DNA of 64,000 nucleotides from a virus: the IMG/VR virus record IMGVR_UViG_3300015371_000001, positions 1 to 64,000 of that record. One strand, given 5' to 3'. The notes beneath the pieces are model-generated. The model saw only the letters and a program-made list of their open reading frames with translations, was not told where the DNA came from and searched no databases. The position numbers were made by a program, and so were the translations under genes. Below, piece by piece: positions 17,969 through 27,865 of the stretch. The first letter of the stretch is position 1. Every line of letters begins with the position of its first letter.

Positions 17969-18622
17969 ATGAGCACCAAGTTTCGCGCACTCATTGTTGG
18001 AGTGGGCGCGCTGATCCTGGGCTTCGGCCTGGCACTTCCCGCGAACGCGCAGGTGATCAACGGCGACAACACGTCGGAGAACCTGGTCGGCACCCCGAAC
18101 GACGATCAGGCGTACGGGCACGCGGGAGCGGACACCATCACGCTCTTGGCTGGGAACGACTACGCCGAGGGCGGCGTTGGCAACGACTTCATTCTCGGGC
18201 GGCGCGACAACGACACCCTGCACGGGAACCTGGGCAAGGACACGCTCACCGGAAATGACGGCTTCGACTGTCTGGCCGGTGAGGAGGACGCTGACACGCT
18301 GCGCGGCGGACGTGACTTTGACTGCCTGTTCGGTGGGTCGAGTGGCGATGCCCTGTTCGGCGGATCTGGTGGAGACACGCTGGTTCTGGGACCGGGCGCT
18401 GACAGCGCCAACGGCGGTACGCAGGACGATGTCATCTACGTCGGCGTCGATGGCAAGGCTGACTACATCGACGGTGGAGACGGACATGACACGGTCGTGA
18501 CGGTGAACGGTTCGATTGACCCGTTGGACACCTTCGTGAACGTCGAGAGCTTCGAGAACGGCGACCTGCCCAAGGGCTGCTCGACTGCTCCTCCGGCTGA
18601 GACCAACACCTTCATCAAGTAG
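17969..18622 (+). CDS. Secreted hemolysin-type (RTX-like) calcium-binding repeat protein
   Basis: Signal peptide ending ANA; tandem GGxGxDxL nonapeptides; AAGGAG SD. Confidence 0.85.
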   Translation: MSTKFRALIVGVGALILGFGLALPANAQVINGDNTSENLVGTPNDDQAYGHAGADTITLLAGNDYAEGGVGNDFILGRRDNDTLHGNLGKDTLTGNDGFDCLAGEEDADTLRGGRDFDCLFGGSSGDALFGGSGGDTLVLGPGADSANGGTQDDVIYVGVDGKADYIDGGDGHDTVVTVNGSIDPLDTFVNVESFENGDLPKGCSTAPPAETNTFIK

Positions 18623-18835
18623 TACGGCGCGAGGGAGGTCGTGTTTTGAGCTACAGCAAATGGGACGACGATGGCGAGGACCGTCCTCGTCGTCCCAAGC
18701 GAAAGAAGAAGGAGGACACGACCTCCCTTTGTCCTCATTGCGATACCTACTCGCGCACCATCAAGGGCAAGGCCGCAGGGTCGAGTCAGACGACCTGGAT
18801 CTGTGATACGTGCCGAGGTCCGAAGGCGAGGATCA

Positions 18836-19066
18836 ATGCCTAGGCCGGTGTTGTTCCTGATTGGGACCACGTTGTTGATCTTGGTCGCCGCGATCACGTT
18901 GATGGTGATGGGCTACGAGAACGCAGCGTGGGTCGTCGGCAACTTTGGGACGCTGGGGCTGTTCTTGGGGATGCTGGCCTACGTGGTCCTCTGGGACAGC
19001 CGGAAGAAGTGGCCGAACCTCACCGTAGGTGAGCGTGCGACGAAGGTCCTGACCTTCCAGCGATGA
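18836..19066 (+). CDS. Small membrane protein (2 TM)
   Basis: Two hydrophobic segments. Confidence 0.6.
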   Translation: MPRPVLFLIGTTLLILVAAITLMVMGYENAAWVVGNFGTLGLFLGMLAYVVLWDSRKKWPNLTVGERATKVLTFQR

Positions 19067-19716
19067 GTGACCTCCGGACGCTTGAGGTCCAGGTCCGGGC
19101 TCGACGCCGGGACCTGGACCGAGAGGCCGGTCTAGCTCGGGCGCTGGCGCTCCAGGGCAAGCAGTACCAGGGGGATGTCCAAGCGCTCCAGACCGAGGTC
19201 GATCAGTACGACCGGGTAGCTGGGGTCCTCAACAAGATGGGCGAGGAGCGTCAGGAGTCGGTGCAGCGCGAGATCGAGGTGCTGGTCACCCGAGGGCTTC
19301 AGACCATCTTTGGAGCCGATCTCAGCTTTCATGTGGTGTCGGAGATCAAGGCCAAGGTGTCGGCCACCGACTTCGTCGTGAGGACTACCTTCGCCGATGG
19401 CACCACGCTCGATACCCCGGTCATGGATAGCCGTGGCGGCGGGCTGGCAGCAGTTGTCGGTTTCCTGCTCCGGCTCGTCGTCATGCTCCTCTCACCGGGA
19501 GCACGTCGGTTCATGGTCCTCGATGAGACCTTCGCCGCGTTGTCGGTGGAGTACGAGGGCAGGCTGGCGGAGTTCATTCGGGAGCTAGTCGACCGGACCG
19601 AGACTCAGGTCCTCCTCGTGACTCACTCCGATGCATATTCGGACTATGCTGACAACGTCTACCGGTTCTCGCTCGACTCGCGAGGCCGGACCCAGGTCAA
19701 GGAGGGACCAGGATGA
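19063..19716 (+). CDS. SbcC/Rad50-like ATPase, C-terminal half
   Basis: Coiled coil, signature SRGGG, Walker B MVLDE, D-loop FAALS, H-loop LVTHS; no Walker A. Confidence 0.85.
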   Translation: MSDLRTLEVQVRARRRDLDREAGLARALALQGKQYQGDVQALQTEVDQYDRVAGVLNKMGEERQESVQREIEVLVTRGLQTIFGADLSFHVVSEIKAKVSATDFVVRTTFADGTTLDTPVMDSRGGGLAAVVGFLLRLVVMLLSPGARRFMVLDETFAALSVEYEGRLAEFIRELVDRTETQVLLVTHSDAYSDYADNVYRFSLDSRGRTQVKEGPG

Positions 19717-19883
19717 CGATTGTCGGCAAGACGGTGACGCTGTTCTTGATCTTCGTGCTGATCTTCTGGTTGCTTACGCAGCCGAAGAACTTGGCCAACA
19801 CGGTCGATTCGGTGATCGATCTGTTGGAGCAGATGGCGTTGGCGTTGATCCGGTTCTTCCAGGCGCTCGGCGACCGTGGTTGA
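19713..19883 (+). CDS. Small membrane protein
   Basis: MTIVGKTVTLFLIFVLIFWLLTQP...; GGAGG SD; ATGA overlap. Confidence 0.55.
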   Translation: MTIVGKTVTLFLIFVLIFWLLTQPKNLANTVDSVIDLLEQMALALIRFFQALGDRG

Positions 19884-20089
19884 TCCGCTACTTGGAGTGT
19901 GTACGAGCACCGTTCCACCCAAGAGCGAGTGGCCCAGCTAGAGAAGGACGTGGAGGAGTTGGCCGATCTCATCTCGCGGCTGGTCGACTACCTCAAGGAT
20001 CGTGACCCTGTGTTCGCGAAGCTGATCGTCAAGATGAACGGTAACGGCGAACAGCAGTAGTTTTTCAGTCGGACCTGGTATCAAAGGGT

Positions 20090-22963
20090 GTGGCTTCTCG
20101 GACCCCTGACCAGATCGCGCGGTTCCTGGCTGCCAATCAGTATAGAATGGACCTTTCGGTCCAATATCTGGGCGATGAGCCGAACGCCTATCGGAAGTCG
20201 TGGGCGTCCGCCACGCTCAGAACGTGCCTGATCGCTTCGTGGCCGTACGAGGCGGCGGCAGGCAACCAATCCATCCCCGCCGTCTACAAGGCGATCAACG
20301 ACTTCAATGAGGGCTACCTGGCCGACCGATTCTACCTTCCGGCCACGCCTCGGGATCTGAAGCTGTTCGAGCGGAATGACTATCCTATCTTTGGCATCGA
20401 GTCTAAGCACCAGTTGATGGACTTCGACATTGTCGGTACGTCCATCGCCTACCCGGTGCTGATCCTCAGCTTCGCCAAGATGCTGACCATGTCCGGCTTC
20501 CCGCTCCGCTGGCGCGATCGGCAGGCCGAGCCGGAGAAGTACCCGATGGTGATGGTCGGCGGTCAGGCGTACGGCTCACCTGAGCCCCTGGCACCGATCA
20601 TCGACTGTTTCTGGCTAGGCGAGGTCGAGGACGAGCCGGGTAACCCAGGCATCGGTGGGTTCTGTGACCGGATCGCTCAGATGAAAGCTGAGGGCCGGTG
20701 GGGGACCGAGCGCGAGGAGTGCTACAAGGACCTGGCGCGCGAGTTCAACCATGTGTACTTTCCCCGGTTCGTGGACTTCCACTACGAGTACCAGGACCGG
20801 AGTCATGTCGAGGTCGGTCCGAACCTGTCCAAGCAGGTGGTCTCTTACACCTCGAATCTTGACGGCATGAAGATGCCGTTCCTGCGGCGGATCGTCAAGG
20901 ACCTGGACAAGATCAAGCCGCTCACCAATCCGCCCCTGCTCTACGCCAACCCAGGGATGGGAGCCGGTGACCTGGAGGTGGGCCGAGGCTGTCCGGCGTG
21001 GTGCTCGTTCTGCGCGCTCACTTTCCGTCAGAAGCCCTACCGGCAGCGCAGCGTGCCGTACATGGTGGAGTTCGCCGATGAGTTCGTGACCAACATGGGC
21101 GGCACCGGCCTCACCCCGTTCATGCCCGACTTCCCGATGCACACGCAGCGGAAGAAGCTGATCTACGAGCTACTGACCAAGGTGTCCGATGAGGTCGACT
21201 CCCCGGCCATGCGCGTGGACGACTTCATCTCGGACAGTGACTACATCCTGCTCCAGGTCCACGGAGGGATGGACGGCGTCACGCTTGGCGTCGAAGGCAA
21301 CAGCCAGCGGATGAGGGACCTGGTCGGCAAGGGCTGTAGCGACGCCGACATCAAGGAAGCCGTCAGCCGTGGGATTAGAGCGGGTATCCGGAAGTTCAAG
21401 CTGTTCATGATCAGCAACCTCCCCGGTGAGGATGAGGGGGACATCTTCCGGGTCCTGAAGCTCGCCAAGGACGTGGCGGACATCCGGGACTCGATGAACC
21501 AGCCGACGGTCCGAATCCAGTTCTCTTGGACTCCTCTCATGGTGGAGGCCAACACCCCCTTCCAGTGGTTCGCGCCTCCTACGAGCCAACGGGTGCTGGG
21601 CGACGTGTGGGAGGAGTTCAGGGATCTCAAGATTGACTTCAAGCTCGGCGGTAAGAGCGAGCCGAACAAGGCCGCGTTCTTCCAGTTGTGCCAGCGGGCC
21701 AGCCGCGATGTGGGCGAGGCCATCGTGGACGCGATGGAGGAGATCAACACGGCCTGCTGGGGCGGCGTGCCGAAGTACACCTACGATCTGCTAGATAGGA
21801 AGCTGAAGGAGCATGGCTTCCTGAACGGATTCGATGACTGCTTCGATGAGCGGCTGAAGCACGACATGTTCGGCTGGGAGCACATCGACCAAGGCATCTC
21901 GCCGGAGTTGCTGTGGGTCACCTACCTCCAGATGCGTGAGTTTGCCGAGCAGACTGACAGCCACACCTACGACATGAAGTTCGGTGACGGCTACCACGGC
22001 AACGAGTGGAACGAGCGTTGTGACACCTCGTGTCAGGGCAAGACGTGTGGAGCCTGCGACGCTGATGATCTCCGGAAGCGCCGGGAGTACATCATCGATG
22101 CGCAGTCGGAGATCGATGTGGACCTGTCGGCGGTTCGACCCATCGATCAGAAGTCTCAGGCGCTCAAGATCCGAGCCAGGATCTTCAAGCCGGAGGAGTA
22201 CCGGTTCATCGAAAACTCGCACTGGCGATTCAACATCCGACGTGCGGCGTTCCGAGCCCAAAAGCGTCTTGGGACTCCGTACGGGATCGCCAAGCGGTCG
22301 ATCAGGTTCTCCTCCGATGACGTGGTGTTCCGCGACTGGACCTGTGGGGTGGACTACGTCGAGTGGGCCATGACCAAGCCGATGACGACGCCCCAGATCG
22401 AACAGTTCGTCAACGCCATGAACACCGAGCTAGGCCGGTGGATTGACATTGTCGAGTGGCGTCGGCACCCGGCCAACAGCGTCAACATGCGGACCGAGAC
22501 AGACGCCGTGTTCTACGAGCTAGAGCTTGATGATCCGTTGCCGGTGGTGATCAACAAGATTCAGGACTGGCGGAACGCCGAGTACGTGAAGATGACCTTG
22601 AAGAAGGTTGGCGGCTACTTCAATCCGGCAGCCGAGGTGGTCAACGCCAGAGATTACGTCGAGGATCTGTGGCTGATCCAGGATGGCCACCGAGTGAAGC
22701 TGCGCATGATCGTCAAGGGCCGACCGAGCCCATTCAACATCTATGCCGCATTGATGGGTAAGTCCTCCTGGATCGAGGCAGCCAAGAAGCCAGCCGTCCG
22801 GATCGATGCCTTCGTAGAGGTCGACCGGGACCAGCAGGATTTCTTCCGCCCGTCGTGTCAGGACTGCGGCAAGCTGATCCACGTCAACATGCTGGACCAG
22901 CCGTACGACCCTGAGTTGTGTCCACGATGCAAAGACTCCAGCATCATCCCAATGCCGGTATAG
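20090..22963 (+). CDS. Large radical SAM protein (resembles the TIGR03960 uncharacterised family with a C-terminal linked domain)
   Basis: EVGRGCPAWCSFC (CxxxCxxC), GVEGNSQRMR, ANTPFQW, further Cys clusters. Confidence 0.8.
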   Translation: MASRTPDQIARFLAANQYRMDLSVQYLGDEPNAYRKSWASATLRTCLIASWPYEAAAGNQSIPAVYKAINDFNEGYLADRFYLPATPRDLKLFERNDYPIFGIESKHQLMDFDIVGTSIAYPVLILSFAKMLTMSGFPLRWRDRQAEPEKYPMVMVGGQAYGSPEPLAPIIDCFWLGEVEDEPGNPGIGGFCDRIAQMKAEGRWGTEREECYKDLAREFNHVYFPRFVDFHYEYQDRSHVEVGPNLSKQVVSYTSNLDGMKMPFLRRIVKDLDKIKPLTNPPLLYANPGMGAGDLEVGRGCPAWCSFCALTFRQKPYRQRSVPYMVEFADEFVTNMGGTGLTPFMPDFPMHTQRKKLIYELLTKVSDEVDSPAMRVDDFISDSDYILLQVHGGMDGVTLGVEGNSQRMRDLVGKGCSDADIKEAVSRGIRAGIRKFKLFMISNLPGEDEGDIFRVLKLAKDVADIRDSMNQPTVRIQFSWTPLMVEANTPFQWFAPPTSQRVLGDVWEEFRDLKIDFKLGGKSEPNKAAFFQLCQRASRDVGEAIVDAMEEINTACWGGVPKYTYDLLDRKLKEHGFLNGFDDCFDERLKHDMFGWEHIDQGISPELLWVTYLQMREFAEQTDSHTYDMKFGDGYHGNEWNERCDTSCQGKTCGACDADDLRKRREYIIDAQSEIDVDLSAVRPIDQKSQALKIRARIFKPEEYRFIENSHWRFNIRRAAFRAQKRLGTPYGIAKRSIRFSSDDVVFRDWTCGVDYVEWAMTKPMTTPQIEQFVNAMNTELGRWIDIVEWRRHPANSVNMRTETDAVFYELELDDPLPVVINKIQDWRNAEYVKMTLKKVGGYFNPAAEVVNARDYVEDLWLIQDGHRVKLRMIVKGRPSPFNIYAALMGKSSWIEAAKKPAVRIDAFVEVDRDQQDFFRPSCQDCGKLIHVNMLDQPYDPELCPRCKDSSIIPMPV

Positions 22964-22969
22964 GAGACT

Positions 22970-23269
22970 GTGATGTATGAGCTTGTTGATCTGGCTGAGG
23001 GTGAAGCTCCGTGCCCTAGTTGCGACGACGTGGCTGTGGTCGAGCAGGACGGAGCCTATCGATGGTTCGTCTGCACCTGCGGCTACGAGTTCGGCTGGGA
23101 GCAGATGGAGACGACGACTGTCGCGCTCGATAGGGAGGGAAGCTGTGCCATCGGAGTTCCGGCAGAGCTACGACGACGCGCCTCTGCGGGTATGGAATCT
23201 GCACTTCGGTCTGATCGAGAAGGACCCATCGACCTTGGACTCACGATTCCTACACGGAGGGCCAAGTGA
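22970..23269 (+). CDS. Zinc-ribbon protein
   Basis: CPSC...CTCG; AGGAG SD. Confidence 0.65.
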   Translation: MMYELVDLAEGEAPCPSCDDVAVVEQDGAYRWFVCTCGYEFGWEQMETTTVALDREGSCAIGVPAELRRRASAGMESALRSDREGPIDLGLTIPTRRAK

Positions 23270-23502
23270 AGAAGCCGATGTGGACGGAGAAGCACGACGA
23301 CGTACGGGAAGCGATTGACAACGTCCGTGCGCTCCTCGGTGACATGCCTGTTGGCCAGGAGCGTTATCTAGCCGAGATCAAGCTGGACGAGTGTGATCTG
23401 TGGTTGGAGCGGATCACGGTTGATCCGGGTGAAGTGGACCCTATCGGTAACGCACTCAAGTTGGTCCAGAACGGAGATGCCGATGGACCAGTTGAGTCTT
23501 AG
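23266..23502 (+). CDS. Hypothetical protein
   Basis: GGAGG SD, GTGA overlap. Confidence 0.6.
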   Translation: MKKPMWTEKHDDVREAIDNVRALLGDMPVGQERYLAEIKLDECDLWLERITVDPGEVDPIGNALKLVQNGDADGPVES

Positions 23503-24622
23503 ATACCGGCCCCGTCGGTTCGAGGATGTGGTGGGCCAGAAGGCCACTCGGCTCGTACTCCACCAGATGGTCAAGAAGTCTCAGGTCCCTGGCGCGCTGA
23601 TGTTCTCCGGCGTACGCGGCTCGGGCAAGACGACGATGGGCCGGATCTTGGCTGCGGCCATGAACTGCGAGCAGTGGCCGGACGGACCGTGCGACGACTG
23701 TCCCTCATGCAAGGCGGTGTGGAACCTCTCCAGCTTGGACGTGCTGGAGATCGACGCGGCCAGCAACGGCTTGGTGGCCGACATCCGGCAGCTACGTGAG
23801 CAGGTCATGTACGCCGTCGGAGGCGATTGGCGGATCGTGCTCTTGGACGAGGCCCACAGCATGTCTCGCGAGGGCTTCAACGCCTTGCTCAAGACGCTGG
23901 AGGAGCCTCCTCCGCGCACCGTCTTTGTGCTCTTGACGACCGAGCCCAATCGGATCATCGAGACGGTGGTAAGCCGGTGTATGACGTTCGAGTTCCGGCG
24001 AATCCCTCCGGCAGAGATCCAGGAAAGACTCCGCTACATCTGTGAGGTCGAGGGTATCCAAGTGGATACCGCGTTGCTTGCGTTGTTGGCTGACCGCGCC
24101 GATGGTGGGCTTCGGAACGCCGTCATGGCGCTCGACCAGTGCCATCGAGCCGAGATCACCTCAGTGTCGGCGTACGCCGATCTCCTCGGAGAAGCGGACT
24201 ACGCACCGGTTCTGGTGGCCGCGATGCTGGACGCCGACACTTCGAAGGTGTTCGCCGTCGAGGCTGAGGTGTTGAGCCGGATGGGTGACGTGGGGATCGT
24301 CAGCGCTCAGCTTGTGTCGCTGTTCCGGGATCTGCTCATCCTTCACGCCGGAGGTGAGTTGGCTGTCCAGGGCCAGGCGTTGGCCCACCGAGAGGCGTTG
24401 ACCCGACGCATTCCGGCTGAGAAGTGTGTGGCTGCGTGCCGGATCTTGTGGGACCTGCGGACCAAGGTGCGGATGGTTGACCAGCGTTCAACCCTGGACC
24501 TGGCGTTGGTCATGGTGCAGGAATCACTCAAGGTGCAACCGAAGAAGATGACGAACGGCAACGCGACTGATCAACGTAAGCCCATGTCATTGGCTGACAT
24601 GAGGGCGATGACAAGGAGATGA
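23483..24622 (+). CDS. dnaX: DNA polymerase III gamma/tau clamp-loader subunit
   Basis: RYRPRRFEDVVGQ, GVRGSGKTT, zinc Cys module, IDAAS, DEAH, LLKTLEEPP, SRC. Confidence 0.95.
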   Translation: MDQLSLRYRPRRFEDVVGQKATRLVLHQMVKKSQVPGALMFSGVRGSGKTTMGRILAAAMNCEQWPDGPCDDCPSCKAVWNLSSLDVLEIDAASNGLVADIRQLREQVMYAVGGDWRIVLLDEAHSMSREGFNALLKTLEEPPPRTVFVLLTTEPNRIIETVVSRCMTFEFRRIPPAEIQERLRYICEVEGIQVDTALLALLADRADGGLRNAVMALDQCHRAEITSVSAYADLLGEADYAPVLVAAMLDADTSKVFAVEAEVLSRMGDVGIVSAQLVSLFRDLLILHAGGELAVQGQALAHREALTRRIPAEKCVAACRILWDLRTKVRMVDQRSTLDLALVMVQESLKVQPKKMTNGNATDQRKPMSLADMRAMTRR

Positions 24623-24936
24623 GAATGTTGGCTGGAACGGCCAAAGCCGTCTGGAGTCTACGAGTCGGTTCGAAGAACCGTGAGACCAAGGAGTTGCTGA
24701 TGACGGCGGCTGACTCCTCAACGGCGGCGCTCAAGGCGGCGCTCGCCAACCAGCACGCGATCAAGGATCTGGCTGGGATGCTCAGCAAGCTGGCCGATTC
24801 GGTCGCTGATGACGCCACCAAGGATCAGTTGAAGCAGGCCAAGAAGGACATCGAGATGCATACGGAGCAGGCTCATGAGGAGATCGAGAGCACGTTGGAC
24901 GAGATCCAGCTTCAGATTCAGGCGCTTGACACCTGA
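24619..24936 (+). CDS. Coiled-coil hypothetical protein
   Basis: AAGGAG SD; helical. Confidence 0.55.
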   Translation: MRMLAGTAKAVWSLRVGSKNRETKELLMTAADSSTAALKAALANQHAIKDLAGMLSKLADSVADDATKDQLKQAKKDIEMHTEQAHEEIESTLDEIQLQIQALDT

Positions 24937-25550
24937 TGGACCCTACGTTCTTGATGCCCGATGTCTATGACGAGGAGTACTGGACAAAGGGCACAACCAG
25001 CAACTACGTCGACTACGACGATGATCGTGGGTGGTTCGCGAGTGCTGTGCTGTTGCGCTCCATGCTGCCCAAGGGCGCACGAGTCCTAGAGGTTGGTTGC
25101 GCGTACGGATTCTTTGTGCGCAGAGCACGGGTTCAAGAGCTTGATTGCGTCGGTGTGGACATCTCGCAGTGGGCCATCGATCATGCCCCAGAGGTGGCGC
25201 GTGACTATGTGCAGCGGGCGGACGCGGCGGCTCTGCCGTACGACGACAACTCCTTCGATGCTGTGGTGTCGTGGGAGTTGCTGGAGCACGTACCGGAGGA
25301 GCATGTGGATCAGGTGCTCTCCGAGATGGAGCGGGTGGCGACACCGGAAGCCTGGCAGGTCCATCGGATCTGTCTGCCAGGATCAGACGATAACGATGTG
25401 ACTCATGTGACGGTGAAGCCCAAGGAGTGGTGGTACGACACCTTGGGCGAGCGTGGCTGGCACCTGTCCACTGATTGGCAGCGCCGTTGGGACGCGGCGT
25501 TCACAGGGAGGGATTGGGCCGGTCGGTACTTCGTGGGAACGGCGACGTGA
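24936..25550 (+). CDS. Class I SAM-dependent methyltransferase
   Basis: VLEVGCAYG, GVDIS, LPYDDNSFD, LEHV. Confidence 0.9.
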   Translation: MDPTFLMPDVYDEEYWTKGTTSNYVDYDDDRGWFASAVLLRSMLPKGARVLEVGCAYGFFVRRARVQELDCVGVDISQWAIDHAPEVARDYVQRADAAALPYDDNSFDAVVSWELLEHVPEEHVDQVLSEMERVATPEAWQVHRICLPGSDDNDVTHVTVKPKEWWYDTLGERGWHLSTDWQRRWDAAFTGRDWAGRYFVGTAT

Positions 25551-26266
25551 CCGACATTGTCATCGTCGGCACCTCACATGGCCGACCGAATTATCTTCAG
25601 GAGACATTTCGGTCCTGGCAGAAGGCCGGATGGGACCGGCTGGACCGTACGTGGTTCATTGACCCTAACGGCAGATCCCCGATGGCCCACATCGAGGAGA
25701 AGCTGTGTCTTGAGTTCGGCGTGGTGCCGGTTCTGAATGACCGCACGTTGGGTCCGCTGGTCAACCCGTACCGAGCGTTGAGCCACGGGTTCATGCACGG
25801 CGCTGAGTTCGTGATCCTGGGGGAGGAGGATTCCACGGTGGCTGAGGATGCTGTGGAGTACTTCGAGTGGGCGGCGGTGGAGTTCAAGTTTGACAGCCGG
25901 GTCATGTTCGTGACGACGTTCAATAAGCACCGGTACGACAAGGTTGACGACCGGCTTCGTCAGGTGGAGTACCGGCAAGGCTATTTCTCGCCAACGATCT
26001 GGGGGACCTGGGTTGATCGTTGGCGTCGCCACATCGAGCCGACCTGGGATCATGACTACTCGAACCGAGGGTGGGATTGGAACTTCCACGAGAACGTTCT
26101 TCCGTCAACCGGATGTGGTTCGGTCGTACCGCTATATTCCAGGAGTGACCACATCGGCAAGTTCGGTGGCGCGCACTGCACACCGGCCATGTTCGAGACG
26201 CTGAGGGCTCCTCAGCCGATCTACGAGCAGAGTATCGATCCTTGGACCTTGACGGAGGATGACTGA
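25547..26266 (+). CDS. Glycosyltransferase, GT-A fold
   Basis: RPNYLQ, ILGEED, WGTW, WDW, RSDHIG. Confidence 0.75.
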   Translation: MTDIVIVGTSHGRPNYLQETFRSWQKAGWDRLDRTWFIDPNGRSPMAHIEEKLCLEFGVVPVLNDRTLGPLVNPYRALSHGFMHGAEFVILGEEDSTVAEDAVEYFEWAAVEFKFDSRVMFVTTFNKHRYDKVDDRLRQVEYRQGYFSPTIWGTWVDRWRRHIEPTWDHDYSNRGWDWNFHENVLPSTGCGSVVPLYSRSDHIGKFGGAHCTPAMFETLRAPQPIYEQSIDPWTLTEDD

Positions 26267-27120
26267 TGAAGGTTCTAGTAACTGGCGGCAACGGTTTCAT
26301 CGGCAGTCATGTCGCGCTGGAGCTAGAGCGCCGGAATCATGAGCTAGTCGTCATGGACCGAGGCACCGATGCCAGGGCTGATGTCAGGGACCCAGAGGCT
26401 TGGGCTCGGGTTGCGCCGGTTGATGCCGTGATCCACATGGCTGGTGTGCTGGGTACGGCGGAATTGTTCGACACCCCGATGTTGGCCGTCAACACCAACA
26501 TCGGCGGCACGATCAACGCGCTCCAGTACTGCCGGGAGCACGATGCTCGTCTGGTGGAGATCATCATGCCGGACTGTTGGGACAACGTGTACCAGGCGAC
26601 CAAGCATTGCGCTCAGAAGCTCGCCACGGCCTGGCACCGAGCTTTCGACATCCCGACGGTGTCGGTTCGAGCCTTCAACGTTTACGGCAAGCGGCAGGCG
26701 TGGGGCCCAGGGCACCCTCAAAAGATCGTCCCGACGTTCGCTACGCACGCAGCGCTGGGCAAGCCCATCCCGATCTGGGGCTCCGGCTACCAGCATGTGG
26801 ATCTCATCTCTGCTGAAGATACTGCGAAGGTTCTCGTGGCCGCGCTGGAGACACCGGGTAAGGACGAGGTCATCGACGCTGGCACTGGCCACCGGCAGAC
26901 CGTGTTCGAGGTGGCCACCAATGTGTGGTCAGCGGCACAGCCGGACGAGCAGCCCATCCTCCAGTTCCATCCGATGAGATTGGGTGAAACAACCGGGATG
27001 CGTCGGGACACTGTTTCAAACTGCGAAGGTTGGGGATACCTGGCAGATGAGGACAAGCCGACGTGGGACCCGGCCCATCTAGCGGACGTGGTGAGTTGGT
27101 ATGTCGAGCAGGTTGCATGA
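26266..27120 (+). CDS. NAD-dependent epimerase/dehydratase
   Basis: VTGGNGFIG, YQATK, FNVYG. Confidence 0.92.
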   Translation: MKVLVTGGNGFIGSHVALELERRNHELVVMDRGTDARADVRDPEAWARVAPVDAVIHMAGVLGTAELFDTPMLAVNTNIGGTINALQYCREHDARLVEIIMPDCWDNVYQATKHCAQKLATAWHRAFDIPTVSVRAFNVYGKRQAWGPGHPQKIVPTFATHAALGKPIPIWGSGYQHVDLISAEDTAKVLVAALETPGKDEVIDAGTGHRQTVFEVATNVWSAAQPDEQPILQFHPMRLGETTGMRRDTVSNCEGWGYLADEDKPTWDPAHLADVVSWYVEQVA

Positions 27121-27547
27121 CGACTTTGCTGATCTAGACCGGCTGTTCACCCTGCCGGATGAGGAGGTAGTCCCGCTCGGCGACGACCTCCGTGAGGCGT
27201 ACGAGGTCATTGTCGCCCGGATGCGTAACGAGGCCCGAGGCATCCCGATGACCACGGTCCAGCAGTTGCTCATCGAGCGGATCGCCTACAACTACGTGAT
27301 CATGCGGCACCATGAGCGGCTGAACGAGTTCCGGACCACCACGGCCCAGAAGGAGTTCAACAACTTCTGGTTGTCGATGACCCACGAGTTCAACACGCTG
27401 GTCAAGGTCACTGACAGCGAGTACCGCGAGCAGTTGCTTCAGCACGTCGGCAAGGTCATCACCGAGGCCCTGGTCCAGGACTTTCCTGAAGCTGCTGAAC
27501 CCATCCGACAGCGGCTCAGCGAGGAGTTCGCGGTCCAGGGACTCTGA
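27113..27547 (+). CDS. Helical protein, possible terminase small subunit
   Basis: All-alpha, upstream of the head module; function inferred from position only. Confidence 0.4.
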   Translation: MHDDFADLDRLFTLPDEEVVPLGDDLREAYEVIVARMRNEARGIPMTTVQQLLIERIAYNYVIMRHHERLNEFRTTTAQKEFNNFWLSMTHEFNTLVKVTDSEYREQLLQHVGKVITEALVQDFPEAAEPIRQRLSEEFAVQGL

Positions 27548-27552
27548 GACCC

Positions 27553-27563
27553 TGATCCGATAA
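27553..27563 (+). promoter_or_regulatory. Putative late promoter TGATCCGATAA
   Basis: Motif recurs upstream of terminase, protease, capsid and endolysin genes. Confidence 0.6.
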
Positions 27564-27593
27564 AGCCTCCGAGAGCAATCAAAGGAGGCCGTT

Positions 27594-27854
27594 GTGCCTG
27601 GAAGCGACCGTACGCAGCAGTTCGAGGCGGAGCACAAGGACGGTTCCGTGATCGTCAAGCGCGACGACGGTGTCCTGGTTCTTACCTCGTACGTCGAGCC
27701 CGACGAGGAAGTTCTGGCCGACGAGAACTACTACCGCGCCTCGGGTCCCCGGAACGCGCAGGGATACATCGTGGACCGTGAGTCCTCGGACAGTGACGAC
27801 GACTCGTCCAAGACGACCAAGAAGGCTGCGGCGAAGAAGTCCGCCAAGAAGTAG
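27594..27854 (+). CDS. Small late protein with Lys/Ala tail
   Basis: AAGGAGG SD. Confidence 0.7.
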   Translation: MPGSDRTQQFEAEHKDGSVIVKRDDGVLVLTSYVEPDEEVLADENYYRASGPRNAQGYIVDRESSDSDDDSSKTTKKAAAKKSAKK

Positions 27855-27865
27855 GGACGTGGCCC

